Origin: an uncultured Methanosarcinales archaeon
Lineage (GTDB): Archaea > Nanobdellota > Nanobdellia > Woesearchaeales > CAYSVS01
Length of the DNA stretch: 64,000 bases
Reading direction: 5' to 3'
NCBI GenBank assembly: GCA_964589485.1
Contig: CAZPRK010000004.1
Coordinates: forward strand, 20,611-84,610
Shown: positions 28,060 to 37,598 of the stretch, one piece after another
How the letters are laid out: each line of letters starts with the position of its first letter
How positions within the stretch are numbered: the first letter of the stretch is position 1
Program-made: the position numbers and the translations under genes
Notes under the pieces: model-generated
What the model was told of the DNA's origin: nothing
What the model saw: the letters and a program-made list of their open reading frames with translations, nothing else
Database searches by the model: none

Positions 28060-29361
28060 ATGAAGATATTATTAATAACTCCGCCATCATTTGCGCCTAC
28101 AGTAATGCCGTATTCTTTGGCTATGTTAAAAGCTACTTTAAGGAAAAATATTGCTGATGAAATAATCTGTTTAGACTTAAATGCAATTTTTCATTATAAT
28201 GAACTAAATAACTATTATAAAAAGGAATTTTCATTTGAATTATTAGATAAATTTATTGATAAATCTCGTAAATTAAGTTCAGAAATATCTAAAAATGTTC
28301 TTAATAAAAGAAATCCAAAAGGTTTTGATAAAATTATTAAACTAATTGAAAGTCATAAACCGGATATTATAGGGATGAGTTTAACTTATAATAGTCAAAT
28401 TTTTTATGCAAAATCTATAATAGATAATGTTAAATCTCCTCTTATTATAGGTGGACCTGCAGATTTTTCTAAAGTAATGGGTAACTCATTAGTATTACCT
28501 AGCGCAGAAGCAATGGTTACTTATTTAGTTAATAATGGCGCAACTAAAAAAGAAAGTAAATTTGAATTATCTTTTGATGATTTTGATAAGAAACATTATT
28601 TTACAAAAGATATAGTTTATCCTTTACGAACAAGTTATTCTTGTCCTTATCAAAGATGTACTTTTTGTACACATCACGGAAATGCTCCGTATAAATATAT
28701 TGAATTAGATCAAATTAAAAATATTATAATTAGTAATAATATGAAAAAAGTTTTTCTGATAGATGATGATTTCCCTGTTAATAGGTTACTTCAAGTTTCT
28801 GAAATTTTAGGTGAATTAAATATAGAATGGTGGTGTCAATTAAGACCATTAAAGAAGTTAATTGAAGTATTATCTACTTTAAAGAAAAATGGTTTGAAAA
28901 GTGTTGCATGGGGGTTAGAATCAGGATGTCAACGTGTTTTAGAAAAAATGGAGAAAGGAACTATTGTTGAAGATATTTCTACTGTTTTAAAAGAATCAAA
29001 TAAGTTAGGTATAAAAAATATGGTTTATGTTATGTTTGGATTGCCAACTGAAACAAAGGAAGAGTTTATGGAAACTATTGTTTTTTTAGAAAAAAATTCT
29101 GATTATATTGATATTATCTCCCCAAGTGTTTTCGGATTACAACAAGGAAGTAGAATTTACGATAACCCAAGTAACTTTGGAGTTAAAAATGTTACATTAA
29201 AGCAACGTACTTATTTAAGTGATAAAGTAAGTTTTGATATAATTTCTGGATTATCTGTAGATGAAGTTAATAAATTAAAGAAAAAAAATATTCATAGAAT
29301 ATATAAAATAAATAAGTTACCTAGAATAGTGGCTCATTGTAAAGAACAAGTGTTAAATTGA
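28060..29361 (+). CDS. B12-binding-domain radical SAM protein
   Basis: N-terminal cobalamin-binding-like Rossmann region. Cluster 'SCPYQRCTFCTH' (CX4CX2C). Confidence 0.7.
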   Translation: MKILLITPPSFAPTVMPYSLAMLKATLRKNIADEIICLDLNAIFHYNELNNYYKKEFSFELLDKFIDKSRKLSSEISKNVLNKRNPKGFDKIIKLIESHKPDIIGMSLTYNSQIFYAKSIIDNVKSPLIIGGPADFSKVMGNSLVLPSAEAMVTYLVNNGATKKESKFELSFDDFDKKHYFTKDIVYPLRTSYSCPYQRCTFCTHHGNAPYKYIELDQIKNIIISNNMKKVFLIDDDFPVNRLLQVSEILGELNIEWWCQLRPLKKLIEVLSTLKKNGLKSVAWGLESGCQRVLEKMEKGTIVEDISTVLKESNKLGIKNMVYVMFGLPTETKEEFMETIVFLEKNSDYIDIISPSVFGLQQGSRIYDNPSNFGVKNVTLKQRTYLSDKVSFDIISGLSVDEVNKLKKKNIHRIYKINKLPRIVAHCKEQVLN

Positions 29362-29577
29362 ATCAATTTTATTCCCTAATTCAACATCTTTAGCTGTTAC
29401 TTTACCTTCAGAATGAGTTGTTAATTTAATTTTTACTTTATTATAATTTATTTCTATATCAGGATGATGATTCATTTCTTCAGCTAATGGAACTATTTTA
29501 TTTACGAATTCTATTGCTTTTACAAAGTTTTCAAATTCAAATGTTTTTTTTAAATGATTATCTATTTGTTCCCACAT
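29353..29577 (-). CDS. pterin-4a-carbinolamine dehydratase (PCD/DCoH)
   Basis: 'EEMNHHPDIEINYNKVKIKLTTH' signature. 74 aa. Confidence 0.8.
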   Translation of the reverse strand: MWEQIDNHLKKTFEFENFVKAIEFVNKIVPLAEEMNHHPDIEINYNKVKIKLTTHSEGKVTAKDVELGNKIDSI

Positions 29578-29628
29578 GAATTGTGATAATCGCCAAAGCT
29601 TTTAAACTTTCTTACTTTTCTTAAGTTA

Positions 29629-29910
29629 ATGTTACACAAATTAATACAAGAATGGGACAAATCAACTAAAGAATGTATTGATAATTTGTCAAATCTTAAG
29701 CTTCAAGAGCAACATATTTCATTAAAACAATCTGGTTTTCAAAAAGTTGGAAGTTATTTTACCAATGAAGAATATAGTAAATTAATAAGTAAAATGGGGT
29801 CAGTAACTTTTAAACCAATTTCAGTATCTAATTTAAAAACTAAAAATAAAATAGATCTTTATGTTAGTGTGATTCCATCTCTTATATCGTATGGTTATGT
29901 GAATCCATAG
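29629..29910 (+). CDS. hypothetical protein (93 aa)
   Basis: ORF only. Confidence 0.3.
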   Translation: MLHKLIQEWDKSTKECIDNLSNLKLQEQHISLKQSGFQKVGSYFTNEEYSKLISKMGSVTFKPISVSNLKTKNKIDLYVSVIPSLISYGYVNP

Positions 29911-29956
29911 TAATTCCACCCAAAACCATTTAAATCAACCTTTTTTTCTATATATT

Positions 29957-30613
29957 ATGCCAAAACCAATCAAATTTGAATCAGAGTTATTAGAAATAAG
30001 AGATTTAACTAAGGATGTTAAACATTTTGTATTTAGTAGTCCAAAAGATTTTACTTTCGAAGCAGGACAATTTGTTAATATAGCTATTGACAAAGTTAGA
30101 AGACCTTATAGTATTGCTTCGTCTCCAGAGTTAAATAAAATAGAGTTATGTGTGAAATTAATAGAAACTGGACAATTTACACCTGAGTTATTTAAGTTAA
30201 AAGAAGAAGATAAAATTCAAGTAATAGGACCAATGGGATTTTTTAAGATTAAAGACGATAAGAAAGATTTAGTGTTTATATCAACTGGAACTGGAGTTAC
30301 TCCATTTAGGTCAATGTTATTAAATAATAATTTTAAAAATAAAATTACATTAATTGCTGGATATAAACATAAAGAAGATGAACTTTATAAAGATGAATTT
30401 AAAAAATTAGAAAAAACAAATAAAAATTTTGAATATTTAGTTGCATATTCAAGAGAAGATGATAATAAACATGTTCAAGACATTTTAGTAAATTACATAA
30501 ATAAAAAAACAGATTATTATATTTGCGGATTAAAAGAAATGGTTTTCAGTGTAAGAGCTATGTTATCTGAAAATGTGTTAAAAGAAAATATATTTTTTGA
30601 GAGGTATGATTAA
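29957..30613 (+). CDS. FAD/NAD(P)-binding oxidoreductase, ferredoxin-NADP reductase-like module
   Basis: 'RPYSIAS' FAD motif and 'GTGVTPF' NAD(P) motif. No Fe-S Cys cluster. 3' end overlaps trxB. Confidence 0.6.
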   Translation: MPKPIKFESELLEIRDLTKDVKHFVFSSPKDFTFEAGQFVNIAIDKVRRPYSIASSPELNKIELCVKLIETGQFTPELFKLKEEDKIQVIGPMGFFKIKDDKKDLVFISTGTGVTPFRSMLLNNNFKNKITLIAGYKHKEDELYKDEFKKLEKTNKNFEYLVAYSREDDNKHVQDILVNYINKKTDYYICGLKEMVFSVRAMLSENVLKENIFFERYD

Positions 30614-31532
30614 AATGGAAAATGTTATAATTTTAGGAAGTGGAATTGCAGGGTTAACAGCAGCATTATACACATCAAGGGGAAATTTAAACCCAGTAGT
30701 AATTTCAGGAAAGGATGAAGGTGGACAATTAATGTTAACTACAGACGTAGAAAATTTCCCTGGTTTTCCTGAAGGAATATTAGGACCGGAGTTAGTTGAT
30801 AAAACTAGAAAACAAGCTGAAAAGTTTGGAACTACGTTTAAAGCTGGTCATGTAAAAGCAGTTAGAAAAGTTGAAAACCATATTGAAGTTGAAACAGATA
30901 ATGAAACTTTTCAAACTAAAACATTAATAATTGCAACTGGCGCAAGCGCAAGATGGCTTGGATTAGAATCAGAGAAACAATTTATGGGAAGGGGAGTTCA
31001 TACTTGTGCAACTTGCGATGGATTTTTTTATAAAAATAAAGAAATTTTTATTGTTGGTGGTGGAGATAGTGCTTGTGAAGAAGCTAGTTTTTTAACTAAA
31101 TTTGCTAGTAAAGTTACAATTGTACATCGAAGAGATGAATTAAGGGCAAGCAAAATTATGCAAGAAAGAGTTAAGAGTAATCCTAAAATTGATTTCATCT
31201 GGGATTCTGCAATTGAAGAATTTAAAGGAGATAAACATATAACTTCAGTGATGATAAAAAATATAAAAACAAATGATATTACTGAGCATAAAATAGATGG
31301 AGTTTTTCTAGCTATAGGTCATATTCCAAACACTTCATTCGCAAAAGATGTCGTTGAAATGGACGATCATGGGTTTATTATTACTGATAACAGAGTTAGA
31401 ACTAATGTTGAAGGTATTTTTGCAGCTGGAGATGTTCAAGATACAATATACAAACAAGCTATAACTGCCGCTGGAACTGGATGTCAAGCTGCATTAGAAG
31501 CGGAGAAGTATGTTGAAGCTAATAATCATTAA
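30597..31532 (+). CDS. trxB: thioredoxin-disulfide reductase
   Basis: 'GSGIAGLTAA' FAD motif, 'CATCDG' redox centre, 'GGGDSA' NADPH motif. Confidence 0.9.
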   Translation: MRGMIKMENVIILGSGIAGLTAALYTSRGNLNPVVISGKDEGGQLMLTTDVENFPGFPEGILGPELVDKTRKQAEKFGTTFKAGHVKAVRKVENHIEVETDNETFQTKTLIIATGASARWLGLESEKQFMGRGVHTCATCDGFFYKNKEIFIVGGGDSACEEASFLTKFASKVTIVHRRDELRASKIMQERVKSNPKIDFIWDSAIEEFKGDKHITSVMIKNIKTNDITEHKIDGVFLAIGHIPNTSFAKDVVEMDDHGFIITDNRVRTNVEGIFAAGDVQDTIYKQAITAAGTGCQAALEAEKYVEANNH

Positions 31533-32208
31533 TTCCTTTAATTATATCATCTGTACTAATATCTGGGAATAATTTATCTGTAAAATAAATATGAGCAGAA
31601 ATACTATCCCAAAGTAAAAATCCATGAGTTACTTTTCGTAACCCAGTTTTAATTATAATATTAGGTGGAAGAAAGTAAGATGAATATAAGTTTTCTTTTA
31701 TAGTTTCTTTATTGATATTTTCAGGATCTATTTTTTCTGATAATACTTTTTTAGCAATAATTTTAGCAGCGTCAACTAATTCTTCTTGACCATTGTAATT
31801 TATACATAAATTTAGAAAAAATTTATCATAATCTTTTGTTTCCGAAAGTAATCCTTTAATTGGATCGATAGCTCTACTTGGCAAATCATACCACTTCCCT
31901 AATACAGATACTTTAATTTGATTTGAATTTATTATATCACTTTTTTGTAGTTTTTGTAAAAAATCTATAAATTGATCTGTAATTTCCAATGTTTCTTTCA
32001 TTGGCATCATATAAATACTTAGAATTCTTATATTTCTTTCAATTTGAAATTTTATAATGTCACATAATATTTCGAAACTTTTATCATAAGATTTTTCCAA
32101 TGATAAATTATTTTCTTCAGAATACTGTTTAATACCATTCATAGTAATTGCAAGATGTAACGGTTTTTTTTCTTTACTCTGCAATAGTTGTTTAACTTTA
32201 TTAAACAT
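31519..32208 (-). CDS. uppS: cis-prenyltransferase (undecaprenyl-diphosphate synthase family)
   Basis: C-terminal 'GFLLWDSISAHIYFTDKLFPD' matches the UppS signature. N-terminal 'LAITMNG' sits where UppS has IIMDGNGRW. Confidence 0.6.
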   Translation of the reverse strand: MFNKVKQLLQSKEKKPLHLAITMNGIKQYSEENNLSLEKSYDKSFEILCDIIKFQIERNIRILSIYMMPMKETLEITDQFIDFLQKLQKSDIINSNQIKVSVLGKWYDLPSRAIDPIKGLLSETKDYDKFFLNLCINYNGQEELVDAAKIIAKKVLSEKIDPENINKETIKENLYSSYFLPPNIIIKTGLRKVTHGFLLWDSISAHIYFTDKLFPDISTDDIIKGINDY

Positions 32209-32242
32209 AAGTCTATTAAAATGACAAAGTTTATAAATATTA

Positions 32243-33085
32243 TTGCGAGTTATTCTCTATATGACAACATTAATGCATTTTTTCGCAATTTTAGTTTTAA
32301 TAATAGCTAGTATTCAAGACTTAAAAAAAAGAGAAGTTATGGATTGGTTAAATTATGGATTAATATTTTTTGCAATTTTATTTAGGTTATCAGCGTCTGT
32401 TATTGAATCAGATTATAGTATATTCACTAATGGTATTTTAGGTTTTTTAGTAACTTTTGCAGTAGGGTCACTATTTTATTATACTGGTCAATGGGGAGGT
32501 GGTGACGCAAAACTACTTTTCGGATTGGGTGCATTATTAGGTTATTCTTATTTTTTATTTGTATACATTGCTGCAATTTTTGTAATGGGATCATTGTATG
32601 GGTTAATATATTCAGTTTATTTAGCTATTAAATACAAAAGAAATTTTGTCAACGCGTTTGCACGAATATATAACGAGTATAAATCGAAACAAAATTTTTT
32701 AGTTGTTACAGTTATGGCTTTATTGGTTTTATCTATCCCTTTACAGTTTAAACATATATATTTATCATTTTCATTTTTATTAATTTTATTATTTTATTTG
32801 TACTTATACGCTAAAGCATTTGAAGAGGGTTGTATGATGGTTTATTATAATCCAAAAAAATTAACTGAAGGAGATTGGATTGCAAAAGAAGTAAAGTATA
32901 GGGGTAAAGTTATTGCTGGCCCTAAAGATTTAGGCGTAGAAAAACATCAAATTAAAAAGATAATGGCATTATATAGAAAAGGTATTATTAAAAGAGTTTT
33001 AGTGAAAGAAGGTATTCCATTTGTTCCAGGATTCTTGTTAGGTTATATTGCAAACTTATATTTATTTGCTGTTTATTTATTGTAA
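32243..33085 (+). CDS. A24-family prepilin/preflagellin peptidase
   Basis: Polytopic membrane protein with 'ASIQDLKKREV' and 'GQWGGGDAKLL' catalytic Asp motifs. Confidence 0.7.
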   Translation: MRVILYMTTLMHFFAILVLIIASIQDLKKREVMDWLNYGLIFFAILFRLSASVIESDYSIFTNGILGFLVTFAVGSLFYYTGQWGGGDAKLLFGLGALLGYSYFLFVYIAAIFVMGSLYGLIYSVYLAIKYKRNFVNAFARIYNEYKSKQNFLVVTVMALLVLSIPLQFKHIYLSFSFLLILLFYLYLYAKAFEEGCMMVYYNPKKLTEGDWIAKEVKYRGKVIAGPKDLGVEKHQIKKIMALYRKGIIKRVLVKEGIPFVPGFLLGYIANLYLFAVYLL

Positions 33086-33118
33086 AGATTTATAAATCAT
33101 ATGTAATTCTATTCTTTC

Positions 33119-34477
33119 ATGGTTTTGGAAAAATTAGGAACTTCCCTAAAAGCAACTTTATCTAAAATTGCAAGCTCAGTTTTTGTAGATGAAAAGCTAG
33201 TTAATGAATTAGTTAAAGATATTCAGAGAGCATTATTACATAGTGATGTAAATGTTGAATTAGTTTTTGAACTTTCGAAAAGAATTAAAGTAAAAATATT
33301 AGAGGGCGAAGTTCCTCCAGGTTTAACTAAGAAAGAATATTTGATTAACATTGTTTATGACGAATTAACGGAATTCTTAGGAAAAGAATCTAAACCTTTA
33401 AAATTAGATAATAAACCTAGTAAGTTAATGTTAGTAGGGTTGTTTGGAAACGGTAAAACAACAACTGCTGGAAGAATTGCTAAATTTTATAAGAAAAGAG
33501 GAAAGAAAATTGCATTATTATCTACAGATACATGGAGACCTGCTGCATTTAAACAACTTCAACAATTAGGTGGACAAATCGATGTAAGTGTATTTGGAAA
33601 CCCTGAACTAAAAAACCCTGTTGAAATATATAAACAATTTGAACCTAAATTTAATGAATATGATTTAGTTATAGTAGATACTGCTGGAAGAGATGCGTTA
33701 AATGAAGAATTAACTAATGAATTAAATGAACTTAATTCATATATTAAACCTGATGAAACTCTATTGGTAATGGCGGCAGATGTTGGACAAGCTGCTCAGA
33801 ATCAAGCTAAATTTTTCAGTGAACATTCAACAGTTACTGGCGTTGTTATAACTAAATTAGATGGAACTGCAAAAGGTGGAGGAGCCTTAAGCGCATGTAC
33901 TGTAACTGGAAGTAAAGTTATTTTTATTGGAGTTGGAGAAAAAATAGATGATCTTGAATTATTTGAACCTAAGAGATTTGTGGGAAGACTTCTTGGAATG
34001 GGAGATATGGAAGGTCTTTTAGAAAAAGCTAAGGATGCAATTTCTGAGGAAGATGCAAAAGATATGGAAAAAAAGTTTATGAAAGGTAAGTTTAATTTAG
34101 TAGATCTATATCAACAAATGGCATCAATGAAAAAAATGGGTTCTTTAGGGAAATTAATGGAAATGGTTCCTGGATTTAGTCAATTACAATTGCCAAAAGA
34201 AATGTTAGATTCTCAGGAAGGAAAGATTGAAGTTTGGAAACATATAATGGATTCTTGTACAAAGGAAGAACTTGAAGATCCTGAAGTAATTTCATCAACT
34301 AGAGTAGATAGAATTTGTAAAGGGTCTGGAAGAAAACCAAGTGAAGTAAGAGAATTACTAAAGCAATATAAAGAATCTAAGAAACTAGTAAAAGTAATGA
34401 AAGGAATGGGTGCAGGGTCTCCTAACCAAATGAAAAAACTAATGAGTAAATTTAAAGGTAAAATGCCTGGAATGTAA
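33119..34477 (+). CDS. srp54: signal recognition particle protein SRP54
   Basis: NG domain 'GLFGNGKTTT' and 'DTAGR'. Met-rich M domain. Confidence 0.9.
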   Translation: MVLEKLGTSLKATLSKIASSVFVDEKLVNELVKDIQRALLHSDVNVELVFELSKRIKVKILEGEVPPGLTKKEYLINIVYDELTEFLGKESKPLKLDNKPSKLMLVGLFGNGKTTTAGRIAKFYKKRGKKIALLSTDTWRPAAFKQLQQLGGQIDVSVFGNPELKNPVEIYKQFEPKFNEYDLVIVDTAGRDALNEELTNELNELNSYIKPDETLLVMAADVGQAAQNQAKFFSEHSTVTGVVITKLDGTAKGGGALSACTVTGSKVIFIGVGEKIDDLELFEPKRFVGRLLGMGDMEGLLEKAKDAISEEDAKDMEKKFMKGKFNLVDLYQQMASMKKMGSLGKLMEMVPGFSQLQLPKEMLDSQEGKIEVWKHIMDSCTKEELEDPEVISSTRVDRICKGSGRKPSEVRELLKQYKESKKLVKVMKGMGAGSPNQMKKLMSKFKGKMPGM

Positions 34478-34479
34478 CT

Positions 34480-34980
34480 ATGTATGAATGCAAAAATACT
34501 TTAGTCTGTGTTAAATCAGGAGATTGTTGTCAATTTAACCGAAAAGATTTTCTTACTGAAGAAGAAGACCTTAAATTAAAAGGTCAAATGTATTTAAAAA
34601 CAGGAATAATTTATTTATATCCTTTTTCAAGGTATACTATTTCTTTATCTCTTGAAGAAAAAAAAAGATTAGAAAAAGAAGCAAAAAAACAAGGTAAAAA
34701 AATTAAAATTTTACCTAAAAAAATATTTTATGACCTTGATAATGATAAAGTACACGTTATTGATTATTTTTTAGATAAAGACGGTCCATGTACTTTTTAT
34801 GAGGGAAAGTGTACAATATATGAAAAAAGACCTGCAGTTTGTAGACATTTTCCAAAGAAAGACTTTGAACATAAATTCGATCTTAAAAAATTAATAGGTC
34901 ATACTAATATTAGATTAATTAATTTAGAATATAAAGAAATTCAGAAAATAATTAAAGAAAAACTTACTTGTGATACTTAA
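34480..34980 (+). CDS. YkgJ-family Cys-cluster (zinc/iron-chelating) protein
   Basis: 'CKNTLVCVKSGDCCQ' (CxxCxxCC-type) plus distal 'CTFYEGKC...CRHFP'. Confidence 0.5.
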   Translation: MYECKNTLVCVKSGDCCQFNRKDFLTEEEDLKLKGQMYLKTGIIYLYPFSRYTISLSLEEKKRLEKEAKKQGKKIKILPKKIFYDLDNDKVHVIDYFLDKDGPCTFYEGKCTIYEKRPAVCRHFPKKDFEHKFDLKKLIGHTNIRLINLEYKEIQKIIKEKLTCDT

Positions 34981-35356
34981 TATTTTTATTAATCATAATT
35001 GCTCTATATATTTGTTCTATTAAGAATAATCTAAACATTCTATGGGGAAATGTCATTTTTGATAAACTTAATACTAAATTTGACTTTTTTTTAATTTCTT
35101 TATCTATTCCTGTTGCGCTTCCTATTAAGAACGTAATATCTTCCATAGTTTTATTTTTGATTAGTTTAGCAAATTCAACTGAATCTAATTGCTTTCCTTC
35201 TTCAGATAATGCAATAGTATACCCAGGTTGTTCTTTAAGTGTATTTGTTTCGTGAATTTCTATTTTAGAATATTTTCTAATTCTTTTAATATAATCTTGC
35301 ATTAATCCTTCTAAGTGTTTATCTTTTAATTTTCCTGAGGCTATTATTTTAATCAT
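34964..35356 (-). CDS. rlmH: SPOUT methyltransferase RlmH-like (rRNA m3-pseudouridine methyltransferase family)
   Basis: C-terminal 'SLSKMTFPHRMFRLFLIEQIYRAIMINKNIKYHK' is collinear with E. coli RlmH '[34 protein letters not shown]'. Confidence 0.7.
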   Translation of the reverse strand: MIKIIASGKLKDKHLEGLMQDYIKRIRKYSKIEIHETNTLKEQPGYTIALSEEGKQLDSVEFAKLIKNKTMEDITFLIGSATGIDKEIKKKSNLVLSLSKMTFPHRMFRLFLIEQIYRAIMINKNIKYHK

Positions 35357-35924
35357 GTTTTATTAGTGCTTCTTTAAATGAATCATATCTCCAGTCACTT
35401 AATTCTTTACCATTAATAAAAACGGTTGGTGTTCCTTGTACATTTCGTTTTAAACCTTCTCTTATATCTTGTTTAATAATATTTTTTTTTGAATTAGAAA
35501 TAAGGCATGCTTCAAATTTGTTAATATCTAAATTTACTTGTTTAGCGTATTCTCTTAAATCATTTATTAATAAATTTTCATTGTTTTTATGAGCTAAATC
35601 AACATATTCCCAGAATTTATCTTGATCATTTGCACATTCTGCAGCTTCTGCTGCTTTAAACGCATTTTTATGAAGTTGTGTTAATGGAAAATGAAAATAT
35701 TTAATTGAAACATCAAATTCGGCTTCAATTTGTTTTAATACTGGGTGAAATATATTACATACAGGACATTCAATGTCTTCAAATACTTCAATTTTTATAT
35801 TTGAATTTTCATTTCCCAGAATTTGTTTTGGTGTTAAAAGTTCATCATAACTAGAGTTTTCGTTTAAAACTTTAAATACTCCGAAGAATAATATAATAAA
35901 AATAATCCAATATATCCATTTCAT
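35349..35924 (-). CDS. DsbA-like thioredoxin-fold thiol:disulfide oxidoreductase (membrane-anchored/secreted)
   Basis: N-terminal hydrophobic anchor. 'CPVCNIFHP' CxxC active site. Confidence 0.65.
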   Translation of the reverse strand: MKWIYWIIFIILFFGVFKVLNENSSYDELLTPKQILGNENSNIKIEVFEDIECPVCNIFHPVLKQIEAEFDVSIKYFHFPLTQLHKNAFKAAEAAECANDQDKFWEYVDLAHKNNENLLINDLREYAKQVNLDINKFEACLISNSKKNIIKQDIREGLKRNVQGTPTVFINGKELSDWRYDSFKEALIKHD

Positions 35925-36055
35925 TAATTATGATAACTTATCAATTTATTTATACTTTGTGTTTTTAAATATAAATCCCGTAACATCAAAAAGCTTAAAT
36001 AGTATTTGTTATTGTCAAATGCTAACTAAGAATTGTTTTTTAGGAGGGGTAATGA

Positions 36056-36931
36056 ATGATTAGAAAACTATTAACTGTGATTTTTGTGCTAAGCTTCTTG
36101 GTAGGCTGTAATTTATCTGATTATAAATATTCTGAGGGTTCTAATCAAATATGTGATGATGAAACTAAAATTTGTTATCCTGTAAATAATACTGTAGTTG
36201 AAACTCCTGAAAATAATGATGAGGATTTTAATAAGGAGTTTGAAAAATTAAAGAAAATAGTAGAAGATATGAATAAAGAGGAAGTTCCTGAAACTTTAGA
36301 AGAACCTCAGCCTAAAGAAGAAATTACTGAAACTAAAGAAGAGGTTGTTGAAGTAAAAGAAGAAGTGGTAAATGAAACACCTGCTCCGGTATTAATTGAT
36401 TTTGAAAGAGAAAGGACAGTAGTAGACAAATATGTTAGAGCTTATGCAGGAGAACTAGTTAAATTAAATGTAAAAAGTAATGATCCAGATGGCGATATTT
36501 TAACATATACTTTTTCAGAACCTTTAGATAAAAATGGAGAATGGCAAACTACAAAAGATGATATTGGTAAGTATAATGTATATGTTACAGTAACTGATGG
36601 AAAGTATAGACAAACTAAGCGTATACAATTAGATGTTACTAAATTTAATAGGCCACCTGTTTTAGAACTTATAGAAGATGTTGAAGTATATGAAGGAGAA
36701 ACTGTATATGTTAGAGCAAAGGCAAGTGATGCTGATAATGACCCTATAACATATAAATATTCAGGTTGGGCTAACACTTATACTAAGAAAACAGGATATG
36801 ATGATTCAGGTGAATATAAAATAACAGTTACTGTAAGGGATGATGATGGGGAAGAAGATTCTCAAGTTGTTAACATTATAGTAAGGGATAGAAATAGGCC
36901 TCCTGTAATCGAAGAAATAACTCTTGGATAG
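36056..36931 (+). CDS. acidic lipoprotein with Ig/cadherin-like repeats
   Basis: Lipobox 'FLVGCNL' after a GGAGG SD. Repeats 'PAPVLIDFE...DPDGDILTYTFSE', 'NRPPVLELIED...DADNDPITYKYSG' and a third 'NRPPVIEEITLG' cut short by the stop. Confidence 0.5.
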   Translation: MIRKLLTVIFVLSFLVGCNLSDYKYSEGSNQICDDETKICYPVNNTVVETPENNDEDFNKEFEKLKKIVEDMNKEEVPETLEEPQPKEEITETKEEVVEVKEEVVNETPAPVLIDFERERTVVDKYVRAYAGELVKLNVKSNDPDGDILTYTFSEPLDKNGEWQTTKDDIGKYNVYVTVTDGKYRQTKRIQLDVTKFNRPPVLELIEDVEVYEGETVYVRAKASDADNDPITYKYSGWANTYTKKTGYDDSGEYKITVTVRDDDGEEDSQVVNIIVRDRNRPPVIEEITLG

Positions 36932-36965
36932 TTTTTTATATTAGTTTTGTTATTCTTTTTTTAAT

Positions 36966-37568
36966 ATGGTTAATTTGCATTATGTATGTTTTAGTGGTTA
37001 TAGGGGAAAGGTTGCAGAAGAAGTTGCAAAGAGAGAATTGGAAGGAACTGAACATTCTGTAAAGTCTAGTGGGGTTATATTTAATAATAGAGTTTCTTTA
37101 ATTAAATCGCATTTTGTACATATTTTATCATATTTTCAACAAGCACTAGATGATAATTTATTTGATCGTTCATATACACTGTTAGCAACTCAAGTAATAA
37201 ATGATGCAAATTTTTTGAATAGAGGTGAAACAAAACACATTTTTTTTGATATGGTTAACATAACTTTAGATGTGCTTTTAAAGGATAGAAAGAAAAAAAC
37301 CATTGAAGTTTTGCGAAATAAAGGATATGGGGTTAAAGATTTTTTTTCAGAGCCATTTACTCCTTTAAAAAATGATGTAGTTATTGCTATGGATCAAAAA
37401 GTTGAAAATTTTATCTCGCCTATTTATCAAGGGAATATTATTTTACTAGAAGGTTATTCACGAAATGGAATAAGTATGCCACTCGGTGGATCTAAAGAAC
37501 AACATATACAATCATTTGATGAAATTAAAGAAGCTGTTAAAAGTTCTTTAGATCAAATAATTGATTAG
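36966..37568 (+). CDS. hypothetical protein (200 aa)
   Basis: ORF only. Confidence 0.4.
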   Translation: MVNLHYVCFSGYRGKVAEEVAKRELEGTEHSVKSSGVIFNNRVSLIKSHFVHILSYFQQALDDNLFDRSYTLLATQVINDANFLNRGETKHIFFDMVNITLDVLLKDRKKKTIEVLRNKGYGVKDFFSEPFTPLKNDVVIAMDQKVENFISPIYQGNIILLEGYSRNGISMPLGGSKEQHIQSFDEIKEAVKSSLDQIID

Positions 37569-37598
37569 TTTTTTATATATTCCTTCAATAGCTAAGTT

